Source: Vicugna vicugna | Lineage: Eukaryota | Assembly (NCBI GenBank): GCA_013265495.1 | Contig: MU063882.1 | Location: 165,543 to 229,542 of the forward strand | Direction: 5' to 3' | DNA: 64,000 nucleotides | Shown here: piece by piece, positions 35,831-48,730 of the stretch | Numbering within the stretch: the first letter of the stretch is position 1 | Layout: each line of letters begins with the position of its first letter | Position numbers and translations under genes: made by a program | Notes under the pieces: generated by a model | Database searches by the model: none | Told to the model about the DNA's origin: nothing | Seen by the model: only the letters and a program-made list of their open reading frames with translations

Positions 35831-38419
35831 CTCTGACAACTGTAGTAAATATGATGCAATCTTTCAAATCGGGCCAACACTTACAGTCACTTGTCAACTC
35901 TCTATGGGGCCCAGAAATTCACTGGCAAATGCAGTCCCCTGGGTGGTATTCTAGGGGCTGCTCCATTGTCTGGAGCTGGCCTGGGGTCCGGAGCCTGTTT
36001 GCTGGAGTTGGGCTAACCCTGTGGCAGAGGGCTCACTAGTTCTTCAGATCAAGTCCCTGAAGGTAAATTTGCATGGTCCGGCCCCCAGCAAGCATTAAGC
36101 CTGGTACTGGAGGGACAAATAAATTAGATGGTGAGCAGGCTTAGGGTCCCTCCTGCCACAAGCTTGGGAACCTCTAGCGCTGACCTGTCAGGGGCCTGGA
36201 ATTCATGATTTGGGGCTTCATCTACCGCCAGCCCCCAGGAGGCAGCATTCTCCTGCCAAAGACACCCGCAGCAAATCACTCCCCGCTGGCAGCACCCACA
36301 GGCTCCAAGGTCGCAGCACCCAGACCAGCCTCCCGGAGCCCAGCCCAGATCAGCTGGCCCTCTCTGCACCACCCACTGTCAGCCTGGGAGTGTCTATCTG
36401 GTTCTCTGTGGCTGGAGATGGCCACCTCTCTCCCTACCCGAATGTGAGTGACTTGAGGGCATGTCTTCCTGCCCTTATGCCCCTCACAGATCCACGAAAA
36501 TGCCTCTCAACTCAGTAAGTGCCCCCAAAATGCCTGAGGCAAAGTGCCACCCTTTGCCCCTTCACAGCCACGCAGAGTGCATCCTTCTCACCTCCCACAG
36601 CCAGAGGCCCCCTTCTGCTAGGAGGGAGGAGCAGAGAGGCAGGAGACGCAAGCCCATCCCTCAGGGTGTCACCCGCCACTTCCCTGGAACTCCCAGCTGC
36701 TTGGGGCGAGGCAGGCGCGGCCCAGCAGTGAGAGGGCCCTCCCAAGCCCATGATTTCATACTTCAGGCATCTACCCCCAGACCGCTGGCCAGGGAGCCTG
36801 GCGAGACAAGCCCCCTCCTGCTCATGGAGCTGGAGCAGACGCAGGGACGGAGCCCGGCAGTGCTAGCTCTGGTTTCCTTCTGCAGCCGTGACCAGGTCCC
36901 CACGGCCTCCTCGGCCTAACGGTTCCTTTCTCTGCTTTCCACAGCCAAAGCCAGAAAATGAAAATAATCCAATGCTGAGAGCAGGAGGGCCTTGGAGCCG
37001 GAGGCCTGGGATTCTGGTCACTCTTTTTTCATCAGAGGCAAACTCAGAACAAGTTGCCTGTCCCTCTCCCTCCTCCAGCCAGGCAGGAGTGAGGACCACT
37101 GCCCCCAGAAAACCTCCTATCAAGGCCTGGACCCCCAAAGCCAGGAAGTCAGGGTACCTAAATGTTCTACCAGACAAATGGTAAAGTTTCGTCTCCCCTA
37201 ACTTTAAATACAAGAACCACCAACACAGAATGTTATTCCATAGGCAGAACAAACAAAAGAAGGTGCTCTGCTTTCTACTTAGGTGAGTAAGTGAGCGGAT
37301 GGGAGAGGGATGACCAAATGGACACAGGAAAGAGAGGGGCAAAGATGGAGGAGGAAAATCAGAGAAAGACTGACCAACCAAAAGGAAGAAAGAATGAGGC
37401 AGGAAAGAGGGAGGAGAGAAATCAGGTGTGTTTCAAGGAATGCTGGAGATCACAATTTTGTTGGTTCCGTTTGCAAAAGTTCAGAAATCATTATCCAGGC
37501 CTGAGCCTTTGTTTACAGTTCCTCGCTGTTCTAACCCTTAAAAATTCCTCTGTTCAAATCCTTAATCTTTCCCCTTTGGGGGTCAAAGATGCCTTCAAGA
37601 ATCTGGCAGTAGTTCTGGATATTCTCCTAGAAAAATATACTTACTCACATAAAATTTTGCCTGCAATTTCAGGGGCTCATGGATCCTGTTAAAAACACTT
37701 GTTCTAGAAGCTCCACCCTGACTGAGAGACCCTAAAGGCCAGAGCAAAAACACCCCCACTGCCAGACTACACTAAGATAGAGGTGGATGTGTTGAATCTT
37801 ACGAGTATTCAAGCCATCACATCAGACTGTTAGACAACAAGACCCTCTCCTTGTTCCTATCCCAACAGTGGTACTAGAAGCAAGGTTCACCACTCAAAGG
37901 AGCCAGCTGTGTGCACGGGTGGTTATTATGCAAATGTCTGCCTTTGGCCCAGGTAACGTGTGGGCTTACCTTGAAATCAACCCTTTGCAGATCAAAGGGA
38001 TTAAGTCACACACATGAAGTAGCTCCCCAATCTGAAAATGCATGAGAATTACCAATGTGCTGGCTTAAAATGCAGGTGACTAGGTCAAAATTTGAGAGTC
38101 TGGTTCAGATATTTTTTAACAAGTGTCTAGGTGACCCCAATGCAGGCAGTCTCCAGACCAGTCTCTAAGACACATTGGTCTTGTAGAAAATTGCAAGCCT
38201 GGGAGGCCAAGCTCCCGGCCCAGCAGATCTGCAGATTCCCTGCTCATTGTGGCCTCCTCCTCACACACCGGGGACAGGACTGGGCTCCCGGGTAAGGTGC
38301 CCTGTTACTAGGTTTGGACCACTGCATCACCAAGGCTACCTTTACGGAGTAGAAAAGGTAAATGAACCAATGGGGCATAAAAGGTATAGAGCCAGGTGGA
38401 ACCGACCAAGGGCCGCTAA

Positions 38420-38560
38420 GGCAGTGGTTCCTAGATCTGCCAGCACAGGAAGAATCACCTGGAGTACTTTTACAATTCAGATTCCCAGGCCTTGGGCCAT
38501 TAGGAAACATACATGATTCTACTAGTGAGCCTCCTCAGGGGTTCTGACAGCGGTTCTGAG
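38420..38560 (+). mobile_element. MER5-type MITE
   Basis: cagtggttcctagatctg...gaatcacctggag...cagattcccaggcc. Confidence 0.6.
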
Positions 38561-40964
38561 CTTGTTCGTTTATGGTACCCATGGTCGACAGGGTATTTTG
38601 ATCAAGATATCAGACCATTATTGTAAAAATGCTTTGAAAAAATAAAAGGCTCTTAAAATTCTCCAGTGAACACCAGTGAACATCACCAGGGTTTCCTTTT
38701 CCGGGCCTCATTCCTCTCCTCCTCCCCCCCCCCTTGTTCGTTGTAGAAACTAACTGGAGGAGGCGGCCACGCTGGAGTGGCCTGAATGGGTCCAGATGAC
38801 GAGGATTTTGATCTCTTGGCCCAATAGCTCCTCCCCTTACCCCGGAGTCTTGTACAAATATTATCATTTTCTGGTTGTGCAGCAACATGAAAATGGTTGG
38901 GAGGCACTAGGTCAGGTATAAAAGAAACTTAGGGAAGGGGAGGGATTGCTCGGTCCTGAAGAGACTGCTGATGTATTTTCTGATTCTCTACAAGGTGGAT
39001 CATCCACACAAACAGGAAACCACGACGTGCCCAAGCTCACCCGCTCTGGGCTTGGCATCTGATTGGTGGGGGCGGGGCACCAGGAGAAATGCTGGAAAGG
39101 TAGCTCCATTTCAGACTGCTCAGCAGAGGGGCAGTGACGGGGACATTAGGACACAGATTGCGGCTCCTCCAACACAGAGGGATGTCCCCGATAATAAGAC
39201 TGCCTTACTTTAGTCAAGCATCCCTCAATTTGAATGTGATTTTTTTTTCTTTTTTACACTTTGATTTCCTGAAAATTGGCTGTCTTACATCAACATGTAG
39301 ACTTAATGGGATCCTTTTTTCCACCTGAAAATTTGGTGCGTCGTCAAGTTGGTGGTCTCTGAGAATTGAGGGAATAAGGTTTACCACCTCATTTAATCTC
39401 AAAACAATCTGTGAGGCAGCTATCATTATTCTCTATCTCTGGTCCAGGTGAGGAAACTGGCGCACAGACAAGGTCACAGAGTGAGGCAGTGACAGGGCCA
39501 GGACTGGAGGCCAGTCTCCCAGGCCTCCTCCCCGGGCACCCTGTGTGCACGGAGCGAGCACACCCGTCCATGCAGCAGGCACTGGCTTGTGGAGTAACTC
39601 CGAGGGGGTGGGGCTCTGAAAAGTGGCTTCCCCCTGAGCCAGCGCAGCACGAGAAAGCAAAAGGATTTTCCTTTTACTTCAGATAGAAATTTGAGAAAAA
39701 ATAAAAATATATCTGGGCTTGGTTTGGTTGCTACCATTAGTCTGCTTTAGGCCACAGCTGTACTTCCTCCCTAGCTGTAGAAACTGGAGAACCTGCCCTA
39801 CCTACCTGCTCATATAATGATCGCATCTGGCATGTTTAAGTTCCCAATGGTGTTCATTTGGACGGTAATTACAGAGTTACTGTTTGAATTTACTATTTTG
39901 TTTACTTTTGAATGTTTCTAATGATATTCTGCAACCGGGATTAAAAGGTGTTATACCTTAAGAAATCTCACCTTTTGGTTTCTGCCAGTTTAAGAAGAGC
40001 AGGAAGAAGTTTAACAGAATAAATTGCAATCCAAATAATAAAACCAAAAAGTTACTCTCTACAGTATTCAGTAAGTACTCATTTTCTGGAAAGCAGCTGG
40101 GGACAGAAAGAGACCCCCCCAACACACACACACAAACTCAAAGGGAAAAAGCCACTATTGACATGCACCGTTATTTATAATCCTAAAAAACATCCTTCCA
40201 GGGAGGCACTTACTGCCATTTTACAGATGAGAACTCAGAGGGTTTCAGTGACTTGCCTACAGCCACACAGCTAGTAGGAGCCCGTGTCTTGGTAGCACTA
40301 ACCCTAAAGCACATCATTGTCATTAACAACGATCTTCCCTCGTCATTGCCATGACGCAGGAGGACAGGGACCATATCCGTTTTAGCCTCCACTGTATCTT
40401 GGAGCCTCGCTCCTGGCACCCTGAGGGCTTCAGTAACAGCTGGCTGGGTTGGTGGATGGAAGGAAGACAGCAGGGGAGGCAGAAGAAGGTGTGTCTGCAG
40501 TGCGCTGGCCCTGCCAGCAGATGCTCCCCCCACCCCCCACTCCACTTTGGAAACTCCTGACCAGCGTCTTCTAGGACTGTGTCCCTCTGCCTTACTGGCG
40601 TCTGGCTGCTCTGATTCCTTTTCCACTCAATCACTCAGTAACGTGTGACTGAGACCCAGCCACGTGCCAGGTCCTTTCTAAGATGCTGGGGGAAAGGCAG
40701 TAAGACGTGATTCCCAACCCGGAGGCTCCTACAGCTTAAAACGATGACCTCCGCATTTCCTGTCAGCTCTGGGCATCCCCAGAATCCAACGCAGAGAGGG
40801 CTTTCCGCAGCTGCCTGCCAAACTCTCTCACCTTCCACCAGCTCTGTTTCTGAAGCTTTTGCTTGTCGTTCTCAGAGACTCCAAAGGACGGCCCACGGTG
40901 AAGCCCTCCTCCCTACCTTTAGCACGTGCTGGTGCTTTCCCACTGGGGGCGCGTTTTGCAGGCC

Positions 40965-41004
40965 GGGAGGCACGAGGGAGGCACGAGGGAGGCACGAGGA
41001 GGCA
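40965..41004 (+). repeat. 11-bp minisatellite (GGGAGGCACGA) x3 plus a partial unit
   Basis: Read directly from the sequence. Confidence 0.9.
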
Positions 41005-41509
41005 GGCAGGCGGTGCCATACGGAGTTCTGCCCGGAGCTGTGAGCCGGATATAACTGGAGCACCAACCATGGGAGCCAGAAGAAGCCTCTTTGTCTGACA
41101 GGTGAGGAAACAGGTAAAAGCCCCTACCCCAACCCCCGACGGAGTGTGCTGCTCTCGGCCGGCGTCCTTCCATGGCGCCCACCCTGCACACTAGCAGATG
41201 AGGGGTTAGGTCGGGAAGGGACCACAGCCCGCTGACCTCTAACAAATGATGAATCCAAAACCAAGTTTGGTTTGAGGTGACTGAGACCGCAGATGGCAGG
41301 GTCCGGGCCCAGAGTCCCACAGACCGTGGTTGAGAGGCCCCTGGTTTCATGTCTCCCAAAGCAGAACACTAACTCTAGTCGCCCTTCCACTTTCCTATTT
41401 AGCAGCTGGTCCAAGTGCACGTTAAATGTCGTGCCGTACGTGTCCTGCTTGTTTCCTTGCTCAGTCAGCAGAGTGGCCAGGAGCAGCGTGAGCTTGCTGG
41501 TTACGAAGG

Positions 41510-41710
41510 ACATGGACCCTGAGGTCAGATGCCACGTGCAAATCCTGGCTCTGCAGCTTACCAGCTGTGTGACCTTGGGCAAGATAACCTCTCTGAACCT
41601 TATTTTCCTCATCTTCATGGACCCCATGGCTATGAAAGGATAAAGGGGGGTGTAAGATGCTCAGTACAGTGCTGGCACCCAGAGGTTACTCTATAAACAT
41701 TAGCTGTTAT
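41510..41710 (+). mobile_element. MIR SINE
   Basis: caaatcctggctctg...tgtgtgaccttgggcaagataacctctctgaacct. Confidence 0.8.
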
Positions 41711-43365
41711 CACCTTCCTAGGTCACTCGCCGTCTTCAGATCTTAAATTCAGGAAATCTGTAGCAATGTGAATTGATCCACAACTTCCTCTCTTCTTCAG
41801 AAATTATTTCACTTTTTTTCCCTCTATTTATAAGCAGAAATATACTTAGTGTTCCAAAAAACATTTATTGTGCCTGGGCCACTTGATGAAGAATGTCTGA
41901 CAAGAGCATGACAAGATTTCTAAGGCACCACCTGATGTAGACATAAAAATCTGATGGCCTTTAGACCTACATGGGGAAGTAGTAAGAGCTGCTAACAGTT
42001 TATGAACCACTTTTCTTAATCGTTAGGCTTACTCTTGCAAGGAAAGAAAACCCTTCATAACTCGATAGTCCTAATTTTTTAGGAAAGTGACACAAACCCT
42101 TGGAGAAGCAGGGGAAGTTTTCCCCTTCACATCTCTAGACCCTGAGTTCAGGGTGAAAGGGGCTGTTGTTTGGGCCACAGACTGGGAGGCAGACACTATT
42201 TTCACATGCAAATGCCGGCCACGCAGAGTGATAATCCAGGGACCCCAGCCCGGCTGTCTAGTCAGGCTCTCCTGGTGCATGTGGGTGAGCTAATTAGGGA
42301 GCCTGCTGTCCAGTGAGAGAGGATGCGTGTGAAAAAGACTGAAAACACAAAGCATACCAGACACCATGCAAATGAACTGAGTTCAGAGTGAGCAGGCTTT
42401 AGTCACTGGATCACGGCTGGGGCTGGCCAAGGTTTACGGGAAGGAGTGCAATGTTTGGGTTCGTGTGCCGGCGCTGAGCTGGGTGCTTTGTACAGAGTAT
42501 TCCAGGCGGCCAGGTCCGCAGTGCATGTGACCCTGCGCACGGGTTTATGTGTGTGTCCATTCACACAGCCGGTGGTGTGGGATAAGACAAATATTTACAG
42601 CACAATCTCTGTTTATTATTTTGGATCGGAAACTAACAAGAGAAAAATCAGTCAAGGGTCTCATTGGTTTAAAAAAATGTTGTTTGCTTGCCTTTAAGGA
42701 GTGTGTGCATGTTTTGTGGTGACATGTGGGTAGAGAGGGAGGCGGGGTGGGGAGGGAGGGGTTGGAAAAAAGAAAGAGGTTTTTAGAACCAAGTTAAGAG
42801 GATGAGATCACAAAATTGTTTCCCAAATTGCATCTGGTCCTCGTCTCTACCCCCCGTCTACCGCGTCTGTCCAGGCTGGGTTTCCTCCTGCCCGGACCAC
42901 AGCTGCCACTGACGGGGCCCCCCGCCGCCCCTCCCTCTCCGCGTGTGCCCGCACTCAGCCCAGGCACGGCTTCCCACCTGATCTGCAGCTTCCTCACTGA
43001 AGAGAAAAGCCTACTGACCTTGCTCAGCTTTTACGTTTTCTGCGTCTTTAAAACTCATGTGGAGTTTTAAGTTAGTCCTGGTTATTCTGTTTATTTGTTT
43101 GCTTTTCTAACTAGAAAGACTAAGAAAAATTCTCAAGATAGGACATATCATGAAGCCCACGTTTATGTTACATTCCATCTGGGACTTCTGAATGTTGCTA
43201 CATTTATTTTAATTTAAAAAATACTATATATTGTGTGAGCTCAATTATGTAAAAAAAAAGAAGGGATAGAAAAAAGACTATAAAGAAATAGACTTTATAC
43301 TTCATATTTTAAAATTAAATGTGTTATTCTCAATAAAATAGAATTGTAATTTAGTATACACCACC

Positions 43366-43775
43366 TGCTACAGACTGAATGTTTGTATCCCCACCCCATC
43401 CTTTGAATTCATGTTGAATCCCCAAACCCCTAATGTGGTTATACTTGGAGATGGGGCCTCCAAGGAGGTCAGTAAGGTTAAGTGAGGTTATGAGTGGGGC
43501 CCTGATCAGATGGAATTAGTGCCTTAGCAGAAGACACCAGGGAACTAGTGTGCACACGCTCGTTCTCTCCCTCTTTCTCTCCCTACCCACCCACACATGT
43601 ACAGGTGCGCACGTACACACACACACACACTGAGGAAAGGCTATGTGGGGACATAGAGAGAAGCTGGCCGTGTGCAAGCCAGAGTCCCTCATCAGGAGCC
43701 GAATCAGTTGGAATCTTCATCTTGGACTTCTAGCCTTTAGAACTGTCAGAAAATTAATTACTGTTGTTTAAAAAA
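43366..43775 (+). mobile_element. MLT1A/MST-type MaLR solo LTR with an internal (CA)n
   Basis: tgctacagactgaatgtttgt...atcttggacttctagcc...agaactgtcagaaaa. Confidence 0.8.
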
Positions 43776-44299
43776 CAGTTCAAACTGGAGAGTTCCTCCT
43801 GGCCCATGGGATAACCCTGGCCTCTCTGTACTGGACAATCCAGGAAACCCTTAATGCCTCCACGCTTACATCTTTCAAGGATGTGGGCCATGAGCACTGA
43901 TGTCTGCCCCAAGATCTCCGAATACTCCATGACTCTCATTTCCTGGACATAATCTCTGAAACAGAAATGGGAGCTGAGCCAAAGGTGACCACGCAGAGGC
44001 TGGTCCTGAAGGGTCCACTGTCCAAGAGATTTCCTGTGAGACCCCAGTGGGGTCTCAGCAAGAATGGAGTGGGAGACCCTCAGAGGAGGCAGCAGGGGAC
44101 AGAGCTGTCAACTCTGGCTGTCCTCTCAACAGAGACAAGCTAATGTTTCATCTGTCACCAAGGCCGTGGCACAAGCTGACCTTGGAAGCACTGGGATCCA
44201 CAGGGGCTACTCCACGCCTGAGCGCTTCCTGAGCTTCCCTCTGCCTCCTCACGTTCCACCGCCCCCACCTCAGGACATGACTCATCCTTGACCCTGAGC

Positions 44300-44720
44300 C
44301 TTACTTCCTTCTCTCCCTCACTCCCCCACCCCGCCGCAGCACCCAAGTTCCAGCACACCTAACTTCCTGCACTTTCCGAAATTTTCCACGCATGTCTCAC
44401 CTCTGTGTCTCCACTTACACTGTTCCCTTTCCTTGGGCTCAGTCTCCCCAGTTTATCACCAGGCGAACTCTTGCATAACCTCCAAGATCTACTCAAATAT
44501 CGCCTTCTACTTGAAGAACTCTATGACACTCTGATATACTGGTCCTTCCACTGTTCTCCACCAGTAACTCATACATTTTCCTTTATAACACTTGGTCAGC
44601 ATATGGCGATTATCTGGTTAGGGGAGAGACGACGCCTCATTCTTGTGTGTATCTTAAACCTCCAGCATCGGGTCTGCACACAGTGGCACTCAGGAAGTTT
44701 TGGGGTTAATTGATTTAGTG
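44300..44720 (+). mobile_element. L2 3' fragment
   Basis: Ends cacacagtggcactcaggaagt...ttaattgatt. Confidence 0.65.
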
Positions 44721-45859
44721 TGGGAGAGAGAGAGAAATAAAGGTGGGGTGGGGACAATGAGAAACAGAGACAATGAGGGAAAGGAAGGACAAGGTGGCAG
44801 CAATGAAGGAGTCACAGAACAAACTTTAACAAGACAAAACTTTAAAACGCGCAGTGAAAAATCTTTTCAGGGATGAGTGCGTCTTCCCATTTCAACCTAA
44901 GGTTTCATTTCTAAGTAAACTGCTTCTCTGCTTGTTTTCAATCCTCGAGAGCCCTGATGCCCATAAGAGGATCCACTTTAGACAACTTAAGCTTTTTCTT
45001 AGATACTATTCCCACATACTTCAAGCATGGAGTCACAGCTTTCCCTAGAGTGATACCTAAAACTTGTTTCTCTAAAGCCTGCGATCTCTCAAACATGGGG
45101 GAAGAAAGCTCTCGCAGTCACTTGGGAGGGTGTCTGCAGTGTTAAGTCACAGCATCTGACTGCTGTGACAAAGCAGCAGCCCAGAAGGTCACACCTGCCC
45201 GAGAGAAGGAGTATTCGCCAGTATTTACTGTGACACCAGGGCACAAATCACACCGCAGCAATCCACCAAGAGAAAATACCTTCCTCATATCTCTCCTACA
45301 GTATCATCCCAAGCAACTTCCCAAAAAATGCAGAAACCTTTTGTTGAAAAACCGTCATTCAGGTTTTCACAAGTGGGTCCTCGAATCTCAGGTATAATCC
45401 ACACAGTGATTACAGTCTTGACTACAGGACTTCACAGCTCACCAGGGCAAGAGAAACAACGACCTCTCACAAAAAGATATACTAATATTCTTTCATACAT
45501 GAAAAACAATGCTAATTTTTAGAAGGGGAAGAAGTAAATAAAATTCTCTAATTAAAAAATTGGGGGGAGGTGGGAAGGGGTGAGTGAGGAGTTTGAAATC
45601 TGCACCTCTTGGGGAGGGATGGAAATGTTAGGTATCTTGTTTGTGGTGGTGGTTTGATAGATGTATACATCTATCAAATTGTACATCTGAAGTATGTGTA
45701 GTTCACTGCACAGAAATTATACCACAATAAAGTTGTTTGAAAAACATGTTTTCTAAACATGGTCAGTAGGTCATTTTAAAATATTAACACCAGACCTCTG
45801 GGATAAGGAGGCAGACTGAATACATGTACCTAATTTTGTTCTCTCCCCAAGTCTCACTT

Positions 45860-47600
45860 ATAAACAGTTAAGAGGTTGTTTTTTTTTTTAAGGATCAAAT
45901 CCATAAGAATGAAGAAAACAGCAACAAATTTTTGGAAGCTAAAAGTAGATGGTCCGGTGGTCCTAGGATCAGACCTGAGAAAACGGAAAGTCAAGTCTGC
46001 AGAGGGGAAAGCAGAGAACCAATCTGATTGACCCCACACAATTCTCAAAGGTCTCAGGATGGGCAGGCAGTACAGGTGTCTGGACAAGGGAGTGAGAGGT
46101 AGTGGGTTGAAACAAGGAAGACCAAGGTGGGAACTCTGAGAAGTCACTTGTGATACTGGGTACCTGATGCCCCCCAACCAGCAGAAGTCTGGAGGTTTAT
46201 TCTCTGGAGACGATAAGTCAAGAGCTTTGATGGGGGGAGGGGATGCGCCAGGCCCAGCTGAGGGAAACTGAGTCTATATTTACTGAATACTGAAAGCAGA
46301 GACCTCCCATCCTTTCCCCCAACTCAGCTCCCAAAACAAGGGCAGCCGGAATCATCCTCCAGCCAGACAGGAAGAGTCTTCTCTGGAGAAGGTGAAACAA
46401 TTCCAGAAGCACAGGAAAGTATGAACTGAGGGGAGGGCCCCCAACAACTAGTCAACCCAAACTATCTCATGCAGCTCAAAACTGACATGACTCAACTTTG
46501 TGCTTCCAGTTAGCTTTATATCCCCAACTTTTCATCGTGAGCAGAAAGCCAAGAATTACCAGACATCTGAGAAATTTCTCTAACACAAAAGATAAAACCT
46601 AAACAAAGAGGAAAAGGGAGCTTTGGGGAAGCAGAAACTATGCAGAGGTTTTAAAATATTTAATATATCAATAAGTCTTTTGAGTGCTAAGAGAAAGTAC
46701 TGCATCCGTGAAACGATAACAAAAAAGATTTTATTAAAACAATAAAAAGTAACATTCAGAAAACTAAAAAAAAGTCTTGATTAGTAAAAATATGGTAGCA
46801 AAATGAGGAAGTTGATAGCATGGAAGATCAAGCTGAGGGACCCTCTCAAAAACTGAAGATAAATATAGGTGAGAAAAATAAGAAAATCCAATATCCAAAT
46901 ATAGTAGAAGTACCAGAAAGAGAGAACAGAAAGTGGAGAAAATAAATCATCGTTGAAACAATTTAAGAAGATTTCCTAGAACTACAAGAAACAAGTTATC
47001 AGAAAGGATCTACCGGGGGGAGGGTACAGCTCAGTGGGTAGAGCGCATGCTTAGCACACACAAGGTCATGGGTTCGATCCCCATACCTCTGTTAAATAAA
47101 AAATAATTAATAAATAAATAAACCTAATTACCTCCCCCCCTAAAAAAACCAAAAAAAAGAAAGGATCTACCATGTGCCCAGCATAATATAACTAGAACCT
47201 CATGACAGCATATCATTCTGAAATTTCAGAAAACTAGGGACGAGAACTTTCTACTAATCTACAGTTACATGTAAAGGATTATGAATCAGAATGACTTTGG
47301 AGTACTCAGCAGCAACACTAGAAGCAAAGAGATATGCAATCAGGAATCTTAGAGAAAATGATTTCCAACCTAGAATTTGATACCTGGCCAAACCAGCAGT
47401 CAAGTATGAGCATAGGAAAAAGAATTTTCCAACACAGAGCGTCTCAAACGATACGTCTCCCATGTGCTCTTTCATAAGAAGTTACTAGATGACTTCCATC
47501 AAAATGAGAGAGCAGCCCAGGATGACATGGGGTTCAGAAACAGGAGATCCAACAGAGAAGACAGATACAGGAGGATGAATGGAGACCCTGGGATGACAGC
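45860..47600 (+). mobile_element. Decayed HAL1/L1M element with ORF1 remnant
   Basis: Translation near 47310 gives AATLEAKRYAIRNLRENDFQPRI*YLAKPAVKYE, the L1 ORF1p C-terminal motif. Confidence 0.7.
47015..47157 (+). mobile_element. Full-length camelid tRNA-derived SINE with a perfect 14-bp TSD
   Basis: A box TACAGCTCAGTGG, B box GGTTCGATCC; TSD AGAAAGGATCTACC at 47001-47014 and 47158-47171. Confidence 0.92.
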
Positions 47601-48479
47601 TATGCACAGGAGTAGACACTGACCGCCAAGACTGGAGCAAGGAGACTAAGGACATGAGGAAGGCCATTATCGCCAAGCTCCTAATTTTTAACCTGAGGTC
47701 AGAACACTGGAGTGAACCTGTCTCAGAGTCTTGGCTGTGCTTGGCTCATCTCGACCATGAACTTGACCATGAAGTTGCTGCTCTCCCCTCCTGAGACTGC
47801 TGCTTCACCCCACAGAAGTGCTCTGTTTCAACCTACTCCTGAGGGCTAGAGGTAGGCAATGATGAATTCAGATGTAGAAATAGAGAACAGCTCATCTCCC
47901 CAAAGCATCCCTCCAAATATTTAGTACCTGAAACACATTACAACTTTGATAAAGGCAGGCACCTGAAGTCAGTGATTACTTCCAGTGGAGAAGGACAGGG
48001 ACACAGTTGGGGAGGAACGACAGGGAGCTCCCATGGGACTAGCAATCTTCTGATTCTTACCCTGGGGACTAGATGACATTTTGCTATTCTTTAACCAGTA
48101 CATGTGTTTTATACAGTTTTCTGTATGCAAGATATGTTTTACAATAAAATAGTTTAAGAAATTAATGCAAATGTTGAAAGCATTAATGTTTTCCTTGCTG
48201 TTTAAGGGTACTCCCTCCACCATGTTCTTTCTCTGCAAAGCCCTGCACTTCATTTCACAGAGAAAAACATAACTGTCCACTTGTATGGAGTAATAACTCC
48301 ATTTCTGAGATTTGGGTACACTTTCTATAAAGACTTTGAGAATCTCCTTTGCATGTTCACAATTTCAGGCATAAATTACATCACCTCTTAAAAACTGATG
48401 TGAAGATCATATTAAATTAAGGACTATACGTTCCCCGTCTCTGGCTTAAGGCCTGAGTCTAGGGTCACTAGACTCTCAA

Positions 48480-48730
48480 GAAGCATGAAATGCAGTGATT
48501 AAGAGTTTGGGCTCTGGAATAGACTGTCTGGGTTTGATTGTCAACTCTACCAATGATGTAACCTTAGGCAAGGCACTTACCACTCACAACCTCAGTTTCC
48601 TCATTTGTAAAATGGGAATAATCATACCACCTATGTCACGTTGTAAGAAGTAAATGAATGAACACACGTAAAAGCACAGGAAACAATGCCTGACATATAT
48701 CAAGTGCTCAAAAAAGACTAGTTATTATTA
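48480..48730 (+). mobile_element. MIR SINE, near full length
   Basis: cagtgattaagagtttgggctctgga...cctcagtttcctcatttgtaaaatggg. Confidence 0.85.

Noticed and set aside
41246-41284. Box C (ATGATGA) and box D (CTGA) suggesting a C/D snoRNA
   Set aside because: Only 39 nt long, antisense to the host gene, and lacking a terminal stem or D'/C' boxes.
47015-47090. tRNA-Ala(AGC) gene-like sequences (five copies in the window)
   Set aside because: They have degenerate stems, A-rich tails and TSDs, so they are SINE heads rather than tRNA genes.
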